Shown here: in pieces, positions 26,117-37,939 of the stretch | Position numbering within the stretch: position 1 is the stretch's first letter | Layout: the number at the start of each line of letters is the position of its first letter | Assembly: GCA_013265495.1 (NCBI GenBank) | Contig: MU058645.1 | Coordinates: 434,001 to 498,000, forward strand | Source of the DNA: Vicugna vicugna | Lineage: Eukaryota | Length of the DNA stretch: 64,000 nucleotides | Direction: 5' to 3' | Notes under the pieces: generated by a model | Database searches by the model: none | What the model saw: the letters and a program-made list of their open reading frames with translations, nothing else | Told to the model about the DNA's origin: nothing | Program-made: the position numbers and the translations under genes

Positions 26117-26939
26117 CTGTTTTTGTAGTTGATGGAAGGTCACGTGATGCCAAAACTTGGGGTGCACCTAAGTACGCTCCTCTGAGCTTGGTTTCTCAGT
26201 GATGTTCTCTGTTCTTTGTGGCATGTTGGACGTGCTGTGACTGTTGGAAGGAACTTTGAACACTTTCTGGTGGAAACAAGTCACTTTTGGCTTTAAGTGC
26301 AAGATGAAAAGGGCAAGAATATAAATACATACATGTGAGCTTGTGTATGTGTGTATATGTGTGTATAAACACTCGCACACACGCGTGCAGGTATAAATGA
26401 CAGGGTATGTGGAAACCCGTTAAACATTCACCAGGAAGCAAAGCTGGGGAGGGGGCTCAGGATGTTGCTGTTTAACCACTTCTTGTCCCAGGTACTGTGT
26501 GCTCCCCACGCCAAAGCTGAAGTGCAGAGAGACCAGGCGAACAATGGCGGCCACGGTGGTGGAGGAAGGAGTTAAGATTCAGCAAGCCAGCGGGTGTGCT
26601 CCTCCTCTGCCTGAACTGCCTGGAGCCCCATCATTAACACCACCTTCCTTTCTCACACCTGCGCCTTCCTTATGCAGCTGATGATTCTAAGCTAAGGCCC
26701 CAAGAATCCGGTCACATGTGATCTCTTGCCATGAGTGTGTCAGGTACCTCAACGAAAACTGAAGAAAGGGGGGTAGTAGGCTTTAAGATTATTAAATAAT
26801 TGGATCCCTTGACAATGTGTACGCCTATCTGATTGTTTTAAAATGGGTGCTGCTGAGCACATATACACCATCAGAAAGTCAGGCACCGATGATCGCTTTC
26901 AAAACACTCACTTGCGTCACAACTAACCGCGTGCTTGTT

Positions 26940-27063
26940 CCTCTCTCCCCGCTGAACACCAAGGTTTTAAAATCAGAGCCAGAGTATCACTGTTCTGTTG
27001 GTGCTTAGTACAATCCCTGATATAAAATAGATACTTCTCAAGTGAATGAATGAATGAATGAAT
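26940..27063 (+). mobile_element. L2 3' end with (TGAA)n tail
   Basis: gtgcttagtacaatccctgatataaaatagatacttctcaagtgaatgaatgaatgaatgaat. Confidence 0.7.
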
Positions 27064-28699
27064 CTGAGATTGACTGAAGGAGACGTGGTAATGTGGATAC
27101 CAGAGGACAGGCACTGAGGGTAGCCATATATAGGATTCTTCACTTATTTTCCAATGATATGAAACTAAAAGGAAGATTCCTTGTAGATGGAGAGATGGGT
27201 AAGGTGATTTGAAGTTAGTGATTTGCTGTCTGGTGGCCTCTGTTCTCCCTGTGAAGTAAGAAGGGAGGTTATCTTTTAAAAGTAAGGTAGCAAACAGTGA
27301 GATATGTGGCTGGAAGCAAATAAGACTTGGAGAACAAAGATGGAGAGACATGGAGAAAAACTGTGTTTAATCTGATTTAATTTTCTCCAGCAGTATCCAG
27401 TGACTACAGTTGTTTATTATGTTGCTGACTGATCAGAAAAAGTGGATGTTGCATTAATCAAAGGTTGAAAATTTACCAAGTGGGTATGATAATGGAGGGT
27501 AAAGCAAGACAGCGACTGAAGTAGGGCGTCCCGAGTCCCAGGGATAGATGGGGAAAAGATCTAATATGTTTATATAAAAATATTTTTAGGCAGGGCTGAA
27601 GACATGACTATGATTAGAAAACACTGGGATGAAGACTATATAGACTTCTGTTTCTAGCCAGCTAACAGGCAGCGCTTAGAGAAGCCTCTCCTGGTAGCGA
27701 ATGTTCAAATGCCTGACTGAGACGTAGACAAGTAGGACATTTTTTTTCAGGAACTAGACATTAAAGACAAGTAAGATCATGGAGATAAGAGAGAACCAGA
27801 GCCAGAATTTGTCCTACTTGGTCTGCCAATCCCTGCTGACTTAGGAAATGAGTTTTTAACAAGCCCTTATAACAGGGATGGTGAACAAAACATGAGATTT
27901 GGACAGAGTAAGAAGTCAGCTTAGAAATGCCCATTTAATGCAAGACTATTAAAAGGAGGACTTCGCTGGGTAAGCTTGTCATACAAGGCAGAAAGGGACA
28001 GGTAGGTCTTCTCCCCTTGACTATGGACAGGAAGGGGTTGGTCCAGGAGCCCCTGGAAAGCATTGTTTCAGACAGTTAGCCATGTACAAGAGTGCCCTTG
28101 TGGAAGTTCAGGTTTCCAGAGAAGTTCCAGCACATCACTGAGGCAAAGCCATATGAGCTTGGATCACTGGAGCAGATCAGCGCATCACCCCTCCTCCAAG
28201 ATAGCACAGCTTAGGGTCAAGACAGGTCTTCTCAGCCCACAACCTCTCACAGGGGAAGGTGAGAGCATGTAAATAAGGCCCTGGATTTCCTGTGTAGGAC
28301 ACAGACAAGGAGGCCTATTTCTCTCTCACTCCGTCCAGAGCACTGACTCATAAGCTGAATGACTCAGAGTCAGGAAAGGCTGGAAAGGACTCTTGGGGGT
28401 CTTAAAAAGCACAGATCTAACTGACTGCATCAAGGACTTCATCAAGAAGATCGGCTGCAGGATGCTGGGAGTGCCTTTCCCTTAGATTCCCCCCAACTGG
28501 CCGAGGGGAACCCTCAGTGCTCTGTGCACCTTGCACCTCATACCCGCTATGTCTGGCTTCCTATGTGCACTCCTGGCAGTAAAAGCAAGAGCATGTTTTG
28601 ACAGAGAGCTGGTAAATATGACCAGAAAGCTGGCCTTAATCTTTAGGTTAGGATGAGACCACAAACTTGACCTTTAGCACTACTTTGAGAAAACAAAAG

Positions 28700-29210
28700 A
28701 GGCTATCATCTCTTGGCTGGTGTGTTGCAGGACTGAGAGAAGGCATACAAGGTTAATATGCCACAAGAGAAAACAAGAAGCGTGGAGCAGATGTGCATCC
28801 ATAGAAGGCCTGAAAAAGCCTCCAGAGCCTTAGGAGGGCTCATGGAAGGTATTTCTCTCTCCAAGCCAGGTCACAAAGACTGGAGGAGAGGACTGCTACT
28901 CCAAATGTGAAGACAGCAAAGTAAAGCTTCTAGGAATGTGAAAAATCAAGGAAACACGACACTACCAGAATTCACAATAATCTTCTAGTAACTGATTCCG
29001 AAGACAGGAAGCTCCACAATTACCTGATAAAAGGTTTAGAATGGCCGTTTTAAGGAAATGGCCAAAAAACACAGAAATAAAATTCAACAAAATCATTAAA
29101 ACAATATATGATAAAAATGAGAAGTTTAACAAAGAGATAGACTTTATTAAATAGAACCAAACAAAAATTCTAGAGTTGAAGAATACAATGAATGAAATAA
29201 AAATATGCAA
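28700..29210 (+). mobile_element. L1MA-type 5' region and ORF1 N-terminus
   Basis: gtgaaaaatcaaggaaacacgacactaccag...gtaactgattcc...ttacctgataaaaggtttagaatggccgttttaaggaaa reads like L1 ORF1p start (KNQGN.T.P...VTD...LPDK.F..AVLRK). Confidence 0.75.
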
Positions 29211-29219
29211 ATTACGAGT

Positions 29220-29619
29220 ACCAAGAAGATATGTAAATGCCCAAAAGGCACGTGAAATAAATGACCAATGCTACTAATCATCAGGAAAGTGCAAATCAAA
29301 AACACACGGAGCTATCACTGCACAACTGTTAGAATGGCTCTCACAAAAAAGACAAGAGATAATAAGGGTTGGTGAGGATGTGGAGAAAACGGAACACTTG
29401 TACACTGCTGGAGAGAATGTAAATTGGTGCAACTATGGAAAACATGTTTCTCAAAAAACTGAAAATAGAACCACCATACGATTCTGGATAAATATACAAA
29501 GAAAATGAAATCAGGATCTCAAAGCTATATTTGCACTCCCATATTTATTACCACATTATTCACAGTAGCCAAGATATAAAAACAATGTAAGTGTCCATCA
29601 ATAAGTGAACACACAAACA

Positions 29620-29654
<35 letters not shown>

Positions 29655-30166
29655 GAATATTATTCAATCATGAGTCACAAAGGGAAATTCTGCCATTTGC
29701 AACAACACTGATGAATCTTCAGTGGATTAAGCTAAGTGAAGTAAGTCAGAGAAAGATAAATACTACATGACCTTATTTAAACATGAAATCTAAAAAAGCC
29801 AAACTCATAGAAATAAAGAGTAGAATGGTATTTGCCAGGGGCTCAAGATGAGGGAAATGGGGATATTTTGGTCAGAGTACAAACATTCAGTTATAAGATG
29901 AATGAGTTCTGGAGATCTAATGTACAGCATGGTAATTACAGCTAACAATCCTGCATTATATACTTGAAAGTCACCAAGAGAGCAGATTTTAGATGCCCTC
30001 ACCACAAAAAAAAGAAAAAATAATAGTTTAGTGACATGATGGAAGTGTTGGCTAAAGTATGGTGGTAGTCATTTTGCAGCATATAAGTGTATCCAATCAA
30101 CAAGTTGTATACCTTAGATTTATACAATATTATATATCAACTATAGCTCAGTAAAGCTGGGAAAAA
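29220..30166 (+). mobile_element. L1MA (L1MA9-like) ORF2 C-terminus and 3'UTR
   Basis: ctaatcatcaggaaagtgcaaatcaaaa...ggtgaggatgtggagaaa...gttctggagatctaatgtacagcatgg...cagtaaagctgggaaaaa. Confidence 0.9.
29609..29652 (+). repeat. (CA)n microsatellite within L1
   Basis: Interrupted then pure CA run. Confidence 0.95.
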
Positions 30167-30247
30167 CAAATAAACTAAAATATGAAGTATTAATCATGGA
30201 ACGAAAAGTTACCAAAATTGATCATGGTGGCTTGAAAGGAACAAAAT

Positions 30248-30390
30248 GGGGGAAGGGTATAGCTCAGTGGTAGAGTGCATACTTAGCATGCAGGAGGTCC
30301 TGGATTCAATCTCCAACACCTTCACTTAAAAAGTAAATAAATAAACCTAATTACCTCCCCCTGACCCCCTGCAAAACAATTGTTTTAAAA
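30248..30390 (+). mobile_element. tRNA-Ala(AGC)-derived SINE (camelid type)
   Basis: gggtatagctcagtggtagagtgcatacttagcatgcaggaggtcctggattcaatctcc (A and B boxes) followed by tail aaataaataaacctaattacctcccc shared with the copy at 36055. Confidence 0.85.
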
Positions 30391-30459
30391 GAAAAACAAT
30401 AAAATATAAATTTTAGAAATTAAAAATATAATAACTAAAATTAGAAAAATAATTGGACA

Positions 30460-30922
30460 AGTGCTCTGGCAGATTATTTGTCAAAATGACCTCCCCCAAA
30501 CCATGTTCTTAGGTGGCCCCTTTTCACTTTGACCCTGAGCTTAACCAATAGAACAGTAGCAAAGATGATACAAGCAGAGATTTGCAAGGTGATTTCTTGC
30601 TTGCATACTGAAGCGGCACTGTTCATGTTCTTAGGAACTTTCCACCTACTATCTTTTCCATGAGCACAGCTTGATACTGAGGGAAATACAGCCAAGTGAT
30701 TCCCAACACTCTAACTTATATCTAAGTGTTCCCCAACACTCTAGGTTGCATTGAGCCAGCCTCCAGACACGTGTCTGAGACCCAGTGAAGCTGCTGGCTC
30801 ACAGTAGAAATCAGACACTATTCCAGACCAGGAGAATGACATATCTAACCCAGAAAATTGTGAGATATATTAAATGTTTGTTGTTTTAAGCCACCAATTT
30901 TTCATTAAAAACTAATTGATAC
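30460..30922 (+). mobile_element. MLT1-type LTR remnant
   Basis: 3' end aacccagaaaattgtgagatatattaaatgtttgttgttttaagccacc...aactaattgataca is typical of MLT1. Confidence 0.6.
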
Positions 30923-30929
30923 AACAATG

Positions 30930-32350
30930 TAGAGAAAATGGAAGATTAGACACAGTTAGAGAGAAAATTCAGACCTAGGAGGTCTGAAGAAAGTATCTAA
31001 AATGCATCCTAAAGAGACTAAGAGATAGAAAAGATAAGAGAAGTTTACACGGAGGAGAGAGTTAAAAAGTCCCATATGTGTCCAATCAGATTTACCGCCA
31101 GAGAGAACAGAGGTGCAGGTAAGAAGAAATATTTCGAAGAGATAATGGCTGAAAATTTTTCAAAATTGCTGAAAAACACTGATCTTCACTTAATCCTTAG
31201 TTCAGGAAGCCGAATGAATCCTAAGAACTAGAAAGTAGAATGGCACCCACATTTAGACACATCAAGGTTAAAATGCAAAACACCCCCACAGAGAAAAAGA
31301 TTGTAACAAACCACAAATCGAGGAGAATTCTCAAAATAACTGGGCTTCACTCTTCAAAAGTGTCTTATGAAGGACAAAGAAAGACTGAGCAATTCTTCCA
31401 GATTAAAGGACACTAACGAGCATAATTAAAGCTAAAAAAATTAAAATTGAATGATAACAACAATGCTAATTAAAACTTACGAGTGCAGCTAATAAGACAC
31501 TTAAATTCTCATTGTCTTAAATGTTTTTATTATGAAATTAGAAAGGCTGAAATGAATAAGTGAAATATTCAACTTAACATATTAAAAAATAACACAGAGA
31601 AAATAGAAAAAAGCAAGTAGAGTGCAAATTAATGAAATAGAGAACAAATATAACATTAGAGAGAATCAACAGAAGCTAGAGATTGAATTTTAAGGAGACT
31701 ACTAGAATTGACAAATCTTTGGAAATAGCAATCAAGAATAAGAAAGAAGATACAAAACTAACAATAGTAAAAATGTTAAAGAAGAACATATCTCCAGATG
31801 TATCTGAATAAAACATTTGTAAGCAATTCGGATGGATACATTTGAAAATTTAGGTAAAATGTAGAAATTCTAGAAATGTTTAAATTACTAAATCTGATAT
31901 GAGAGGAGAAAGAAAATCTCACCATTAAAGTAATTGAATCAATAAGAAAAAGTCTTCCTCTCCAAATTTTTTTCAGACCCAGAGAGTTTTTACAAGCAAG
32001 TTCTAACAAACATTCAAGAAACAATTATTTCCAAACTTTACCAAGGTCTTTTAGAGAGTATAAAAATAAGTATGAGCTCCCTAATTCAGTCTTAAAGGCC
32101 ACTGTAAACTTGAGTTGTTGTTGCTGTTTTTTTTTTTAAAGAAAAGAACAACAGGAAGATTATAGGCTATTCTCACTTACAAGGAAAGATGTATTAATCT
32201 TAAAGAAAATAATTAACAAAGTTTGTGATGTATAAGCTGACATATTGTGACCATACTTCATTTATTCCACAATTCAAGGTTGGTTCAACATCCAAAAAAA
32301 TATTCTAACGTAAAGCTTTTCATTAAGAGAATAAAAGAAAACATCAGAGG
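30930..32350 (+). mobile_element. Ancient L1M (ORF1 and ORF2 fragments, heavily decayed)
   Basis: aagaaatatttcgaagagataatggctgaaaattttt (ORF1), ttgacaaatctttgg, ttctaacaaacattcaagaa, caaggttggttcaacat (ORF2). Confidence 0.75.
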
Positions 32351-35099
32351 AAGAATAAGTTTTCTGGGAATAAGTTGAGAATGTTAATCAAAATAAAAGG
32401 AAAGAACTTCATGAATTTTAAAGATTGATGGAGGAAAGGAGTGAGTGCTTGTGTCTGGGGCGGAGAAGCCAGAGCAGTACAGGAACGCAAGTACAAGGTA
32501 CCATGGTTGTCTCCGTGGCTTTTCATTGCAGAGAACCACCAGAAAACAAGGCATGAAGAATCCTCATTTCCTGAAAGAGCTCAGGCTGAGGTCTCATCCC
32601 ACATGGTCTGGCACCTGACTCAGTGTTAGAGGGCTGTTGACATCAGCAACTGGTGGTCTGCCTGGTCTGCAGGCCCTGAGAAATCTGCAGCTTAAAAAAT
32701 AATAATAATCCCTTGAAATCAGCTTTCACCCCCAAGGTTCCTATTGAAGATTGTTTATATCAGTTGTTCCCCAAAGCCACGCAGTAGGTCCAGGACATTT
32801 TCATAAGTACGTGGCATTCTTCCTATAAAAGTCCTTGAGTCGTCTGTCTTGGTGATTAAGGCCTATGACTCATAGGCCTTAATCACCAAGCCATAGTAGC
32901 CAATGGGTACAGAGCATCAGAAGCCACTCTCCTACATTTCTTGATAAAGAGATACCAGATTTTCAGAGGAAATGTAGTTACAAGAATAAGGGCCTTAATT
33001 TATGTCAATTTACCTGGAATTTGTGGACCGAATTCATTGAATAGCATTGAGTATTGCTTCAATTTTCATCATTATACCTACATCAAACAATTTTCTAAAA
33101 TGACTGTGACAAATATGGTCCTGGAAAAAGTTGAACACTCAATCTCCCATTTCGTGTGGCGCTGTTGAACACAGGTCCCCAAACTGAAGACAAAATGATA
33201 AACATATATCAAAAAATTACATCTTATAAAATGTCAAGAATTTTATGGTGAAAACTGTCTGCATTTGAATTTAAAATATAAGGAACTCTCTCTTTTTTCT
33301 CTTTTGGGATCATACACTTCCAGCTTTTTAGGTCTTATAGTAAACTTTATTTATGAAATGGTGATGATAGTAAGTGGTCACTTTTATACAAGGATTTTCT
33401 TAACAAAGTAAATAATGGCAGATTTGTATTATATTCCATTTTTAATTTTACGGGTTCCTGAAACTGAAAAATCTAGGATCTAAAAATCTATACTTTTAAT
33501 AATAACTCTTACTACAATGAATCCTATTAATTTAAATATTCGTCTCCCCCAGGCGTTATGAAACCCCTTAAAGATGCAAACTGCAACCTGCTCACGCGAG
33601 ACCTGAGCGAATGCGTGCGCACAGGGAATGCAGCAGAAGGCACTTTCCACAGGGGTGACAGCACTATTTTCTTTTGTCGACTCATTCAGGGGACTTTGCC
33701 CCATCTAATCAAGAACACTGGGCAGTCAGAAAAGGGGCACGCTGCAGACAGTTGTGGTGGCGAGCTCTCCGCTGCCTTGGGTAATAGACCGGCCCTGCAC
33801 GGAAGACCTCACAGCAGAATGAAGCCTTAGCCAAAGACTGAATTACACCTCTCTCATCTCATTTGCGAGCCCAACCCTCAAAACTGTCTAGAGCAGACCT
33901 CCCGGGACCCCACGGCCCCTTCCCCAGGCCATCCTTGTGTCTTCCTCTCAGGAAAACTCACCCAGGCTGCAGCTGGGATTGCGTGAGTGGATCCCACCAC
34001 GGTGGTACGAGCTGACATCTCTTGGAGTTTGTGCTCCTGTCATAGGGAGCTTATGAAAAAACAAAACAAAAACAAAAACAGAAACGTTGATAGCCTTCCT
34101 TCCAGGGGATTCCCAGGCTGCTGGGATCTTCACAGGAAAATTGTTTAAGATAGGGATGAAACACACTTTGGACATCATCCCCTGCAGGCAGTAGGCAGCC
34201 ACCTTCTCCTTTAGCTATCTATCCATCCCCTGATTTCTCTAAACCCTACCCTACACCATCTAAATCCATAGTCAGAGGCTGGCTAGGAGGAGCATTTACA
34301 CATGCAATGACATCGGTGTTCTGTTCTCTGTGGTGAGAACACCTCCAGTCCACTGGGGTCAATAAGAAACATCTATGTACCGGAAAAAAAAAAGAAAGAA
34401 AAAAATACACCTGCTTTGCTTATGTGTATTTCACAGATTGTAGAAAGTGAGATATTCTCCCTATAAATATCTGTTTCTTCTCTGAGCAAAGAAAAGCAGG
34501 TTTCCTATCGTGACATCAGCCTGGGTACATCCTCGCCTCCGCTTTGCTCACAGTCTTCAAGACTGCAGCTCCTGGGGGCCCCAGACGGCCTCGCGCACTC
34601 CTACGCTGCTGTGGGCTGGGAGACCCTGAGCCAGGCGGGTCGGCAGTCAGTCTGGAAGCCGCGCCTCTTACCTTCTGTCTACACTGGTGCAGTGTTCTAT
34701 CATTTTCCTACTTCTTAAGCTTTTTTTCTTCTGAATAGGTAATTCCCCTCACATTGTTAGCATATGAAAGTATATACATGATTATAATGAAGTTTCCTTT
34801 CTGCCCCATCTCCTATTTGCTAATTCTCAAAACTCCTTCCATAGGTAACCATGGTTACTACTTTTTTTAAGGCATGTACCTAACAATACAAATAAACATT
34901 CCTCCTTCTCTTTAGATGCCTAGTGACACAGACACTTGCTTTCCTAGAGCAGGCTGTGTAAGTGAGAGGGTAGCGGAGGAAGCTCGGAGCCCAGCAAAGT
35001 CCATTCTCCCCGATCAGAGTCAGTAGTTACAGCTCAGAGCAGCTGCTCAGGCAGGAACAGGCATTTTACAGCCTTTTCTGACTGAGATACAGCTGTGGG

Positions 35100-35435
35100 A
35101 CTAGTTCTTTCAGATAAAGTGTAAGGAGAAGTCATACTCATTCTCAGATCAAGAGTTTTAAGAAGCAGGTATATGTCCACCATTGTCTGTTCCACTCCAT
35201 CAGCTGAGTGCAGACAGTAACGAGGCGCTGGAGGGTACTGGGGCCAGATGAGGAAAGGAAAAATGTGATGGTGTTCATGTAATCTCAGTTAAAGAAATAA
35301 AAATGATCTTTTAGAGTTAAGGCCCCAGAATCACTGCATAGAGGAGAACCACCTGCCAACGAGGAGAGTGAGAAATAGACTGCAATCCTGCTAACACGCT
35401 GTGACTTTGTTCTCTGCAGCAGTCTAGCCTCCCTT
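35100..35435 (+). mobile_element. Old MLT1 LTR remnant
   Basis: cagctgagtgcag...ggccagatgaggaaagg...aatcactgcatagaggagaaccacctgcca...gagtgagaaatagact. Confidence 0.5.
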
Positions 35436-36054
35436 CTCCAGTGCAGGAATCATACCATATCGGTACGTAAAGAGAGTCCCTTGTTTTCGTTTCTGTTTTT
35501 CTTTTTACGGTTGTGCACTATCCCATCACAAAGTGAATCGTCCCCTATTTGGGACATTTTAGTTGTCTCTAGCCTTTCGCCATTACAGACGACGCCACTG
35601 TGGCCAGAGGGGCATGTGGATCATTTCACGTGTGAAATATCATTTAGAGAAATATTTCATTTTGAAATCGAAAATCTTATTTTAGTATTTATTTTCAATA
35701 TATATGTCAAATGAGGCCCACGCCCCACTAAAATTAGTACAAAATATGCACATATCATTCAGGCCGTTTCAGAAGGGACTATTCCAACAACTGAAAACCG
35801 GAGGGGCTTCTTACCCAGCCCCATCGCACTCGTGTGAAGGTCACTTAATCAGCAGCCTTAACTCTTTGGGTGAAAAATGAACCCGGTTAGGAAATAAAAT
35901 AGTCACCTGGTGTTTCAAGATGGATGACTTGAGAAGTCAACCTGCTTTGTTGTGAATTTGTTCATTCGTGCTCCCTAGGGAACCTAATTCACTCTTTACA
36001 AACATTCTGAGAATAACTGGCCATGTGGCATGTTTAAAAATTGACAGTGGGAAA

Positions 36055-36203
36055 GGCTGAGGGTATAGCTCAAGCGGCAGAGTGCGTGCTTAGCATGTAT
36101 GAGGTCTTGGGTTCAATCCACAGCACCTCCTCTAAAAATAAATAAATGAGTAAACTCAATTACCTCCCCACCAAAAGAAAATCTTAAAAAATTAAAAAAA
36201 AAA
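36055..36203 (+). mobile_element. tRNA-Ala(AGC)-derived SINE (camelid type), second copy
   Basis: gagggtatagctcaagcggcagagtgcgtgcttagcatgtatgaggtcttgggttcaatcc...aattacctcccc then A-rich tail. Confidence 0.85.
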
Positions 36204-37939
36204 TGGGTAGTAGGAGACTGGGAGCAGAGGGTGAATTGCTGCGAGCAGAAGAGAGGTGGAGGGGAGCCCAGGGCCCTGTGAAAACCAGACACAAGGACTC
36301 ACAGGCACAGAATGAGGCCGCTTCAAGCCGGGACCCGCCTGGTGGCGCAGGATGACCCCAGCAGAGTAGCGGATGCTCCAGGTTAGGGCCCTGGGACATC
36401 GTGACATCACTGAATCACATTTTGTAGGCAACTTGAAAGCAAAAAAAAAGAGTATAAAATTTTAATAAATATTACCAAACGTCAGTGATGAGCTTTGATG
36501 GCCACTCAGAAAGTATGCATGTGTAAAACCACTGATTTCCTACCAATTGTGAGTGATTCAAGTGTGAACTAGACGGTTTTAGGTCCTAGGAATTCAGAAC
36601 TTTAAAACGTATGACAAGAGGTGAGGTATGAAACCTGTCAGGAAAAGAGTTTGAGAAAAATCACTTTTCGTGGAAAAAGAGTGTGACATTTCTGGTGAAA
36701 AGGCGAAGGGCTTTATGACGTTTGTATTCCTTCGTGTGCCTTGTTGTCGTGTGACCCGTGTCATGTCCTTAAACAGGCCCCTCTGACTCCCATGTGAAAT
36801 AAATGATGTCCCCAGCGCAGAACTGTCTTGGCTCATTCATCAGGAGTCCTATTTAGTCGGCCCGGCAGGCCGAGCAGGGCGCTCGCTGCAGCCACAGCGG
36901 GTCAGAAGCGCGGGGCAGAGCTGTGGCCGTATCCGCAGGCTGCTGTGCCCTCTGACTTGCCAGTTGCTTTCCTACAGCTCCGACTTCGGGCTCCTGCACG
37001 AGGCACAGTCCAAGCTCGTTCACTTCTGCGAGGGGAGACCTTGAAGGACGGTCCACCGGCGCTGTGGGTGCTCATTCTTCAGGGTCACTGTCAAGTGGAC
37101 ATCCAGCTTGCAGCCTGCAAGGCTGCTGGAGAGAAGCTGTCTGGACTCAAGGTGCAGTAAAGGTCCCCAGCCGCCACTCTTGACACAAGCAGGGCATTTG
37201 TCTGTGTTCTTCATTTCCTCTACACTGTTATGCGAATGTGATACTCTTCTCCTGAACCCTGAGTTGCTGTTCAGTATCGCATGGGAGACAGTGGCCACGT
37301 CTCTCCCCCGCCCCGCCACGGGCGGACATGGAGACCCTCCACGCCTGCCGAGAAGTGAGGAGGCGTTGGGGTGAGTGGTGCTACATAAAGAACAAAATTA
37401 TTAAAACAGCAGCAAACACTGAGTCCTGTTCTCACCGAGACTGTAATAGGTCCTCAAATTTTGCAAAGAAACAGATGGGCTAGAATTCTTTCCTTGATCT
37501 GGAATTAACAAATTCGACTTTCTGATTATGCTAATCTGAGGAGAATTTAGCATACAGCATATGTGTTTGGATCCAGGATATTTCTTATTTACAAGCAAAA
37601 CTAAATTTAATTTCTCCTTCCCACTTTCTGAGGCCATTTTTGCAGGTTTTGAACACTTGTTTGGGGACCCAGAGCAAGCCAGCTCTGTCTCAAACACCAG
37701 GATTAGGCCCACGTTTATTTCACACCATGATCAAATTGCTATAAACACATTTATTGAAATCATCCCTTTAAGAATCACACTAGAGAATCAAGTCTTCTGC
37801 CCCCAAACACCACCCTTATTCTTCCACCCAAAACCTACAAAGTCATGTTTTGTATGACCGCACCCCCCCACGTGAAAACACTCATCTTCTGTTTGCATGA
37901 TGCCGATGGTTTGTGAGACATGTTCTCTTTCTCTTAAAG

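Noticed and set aside
30248..30325. tRNA-Ala gene (also 36060-36132)
   Set aside because: Stems are mismatched and both copies share a non-tRNA tail and A-rich end, so they are SINEs
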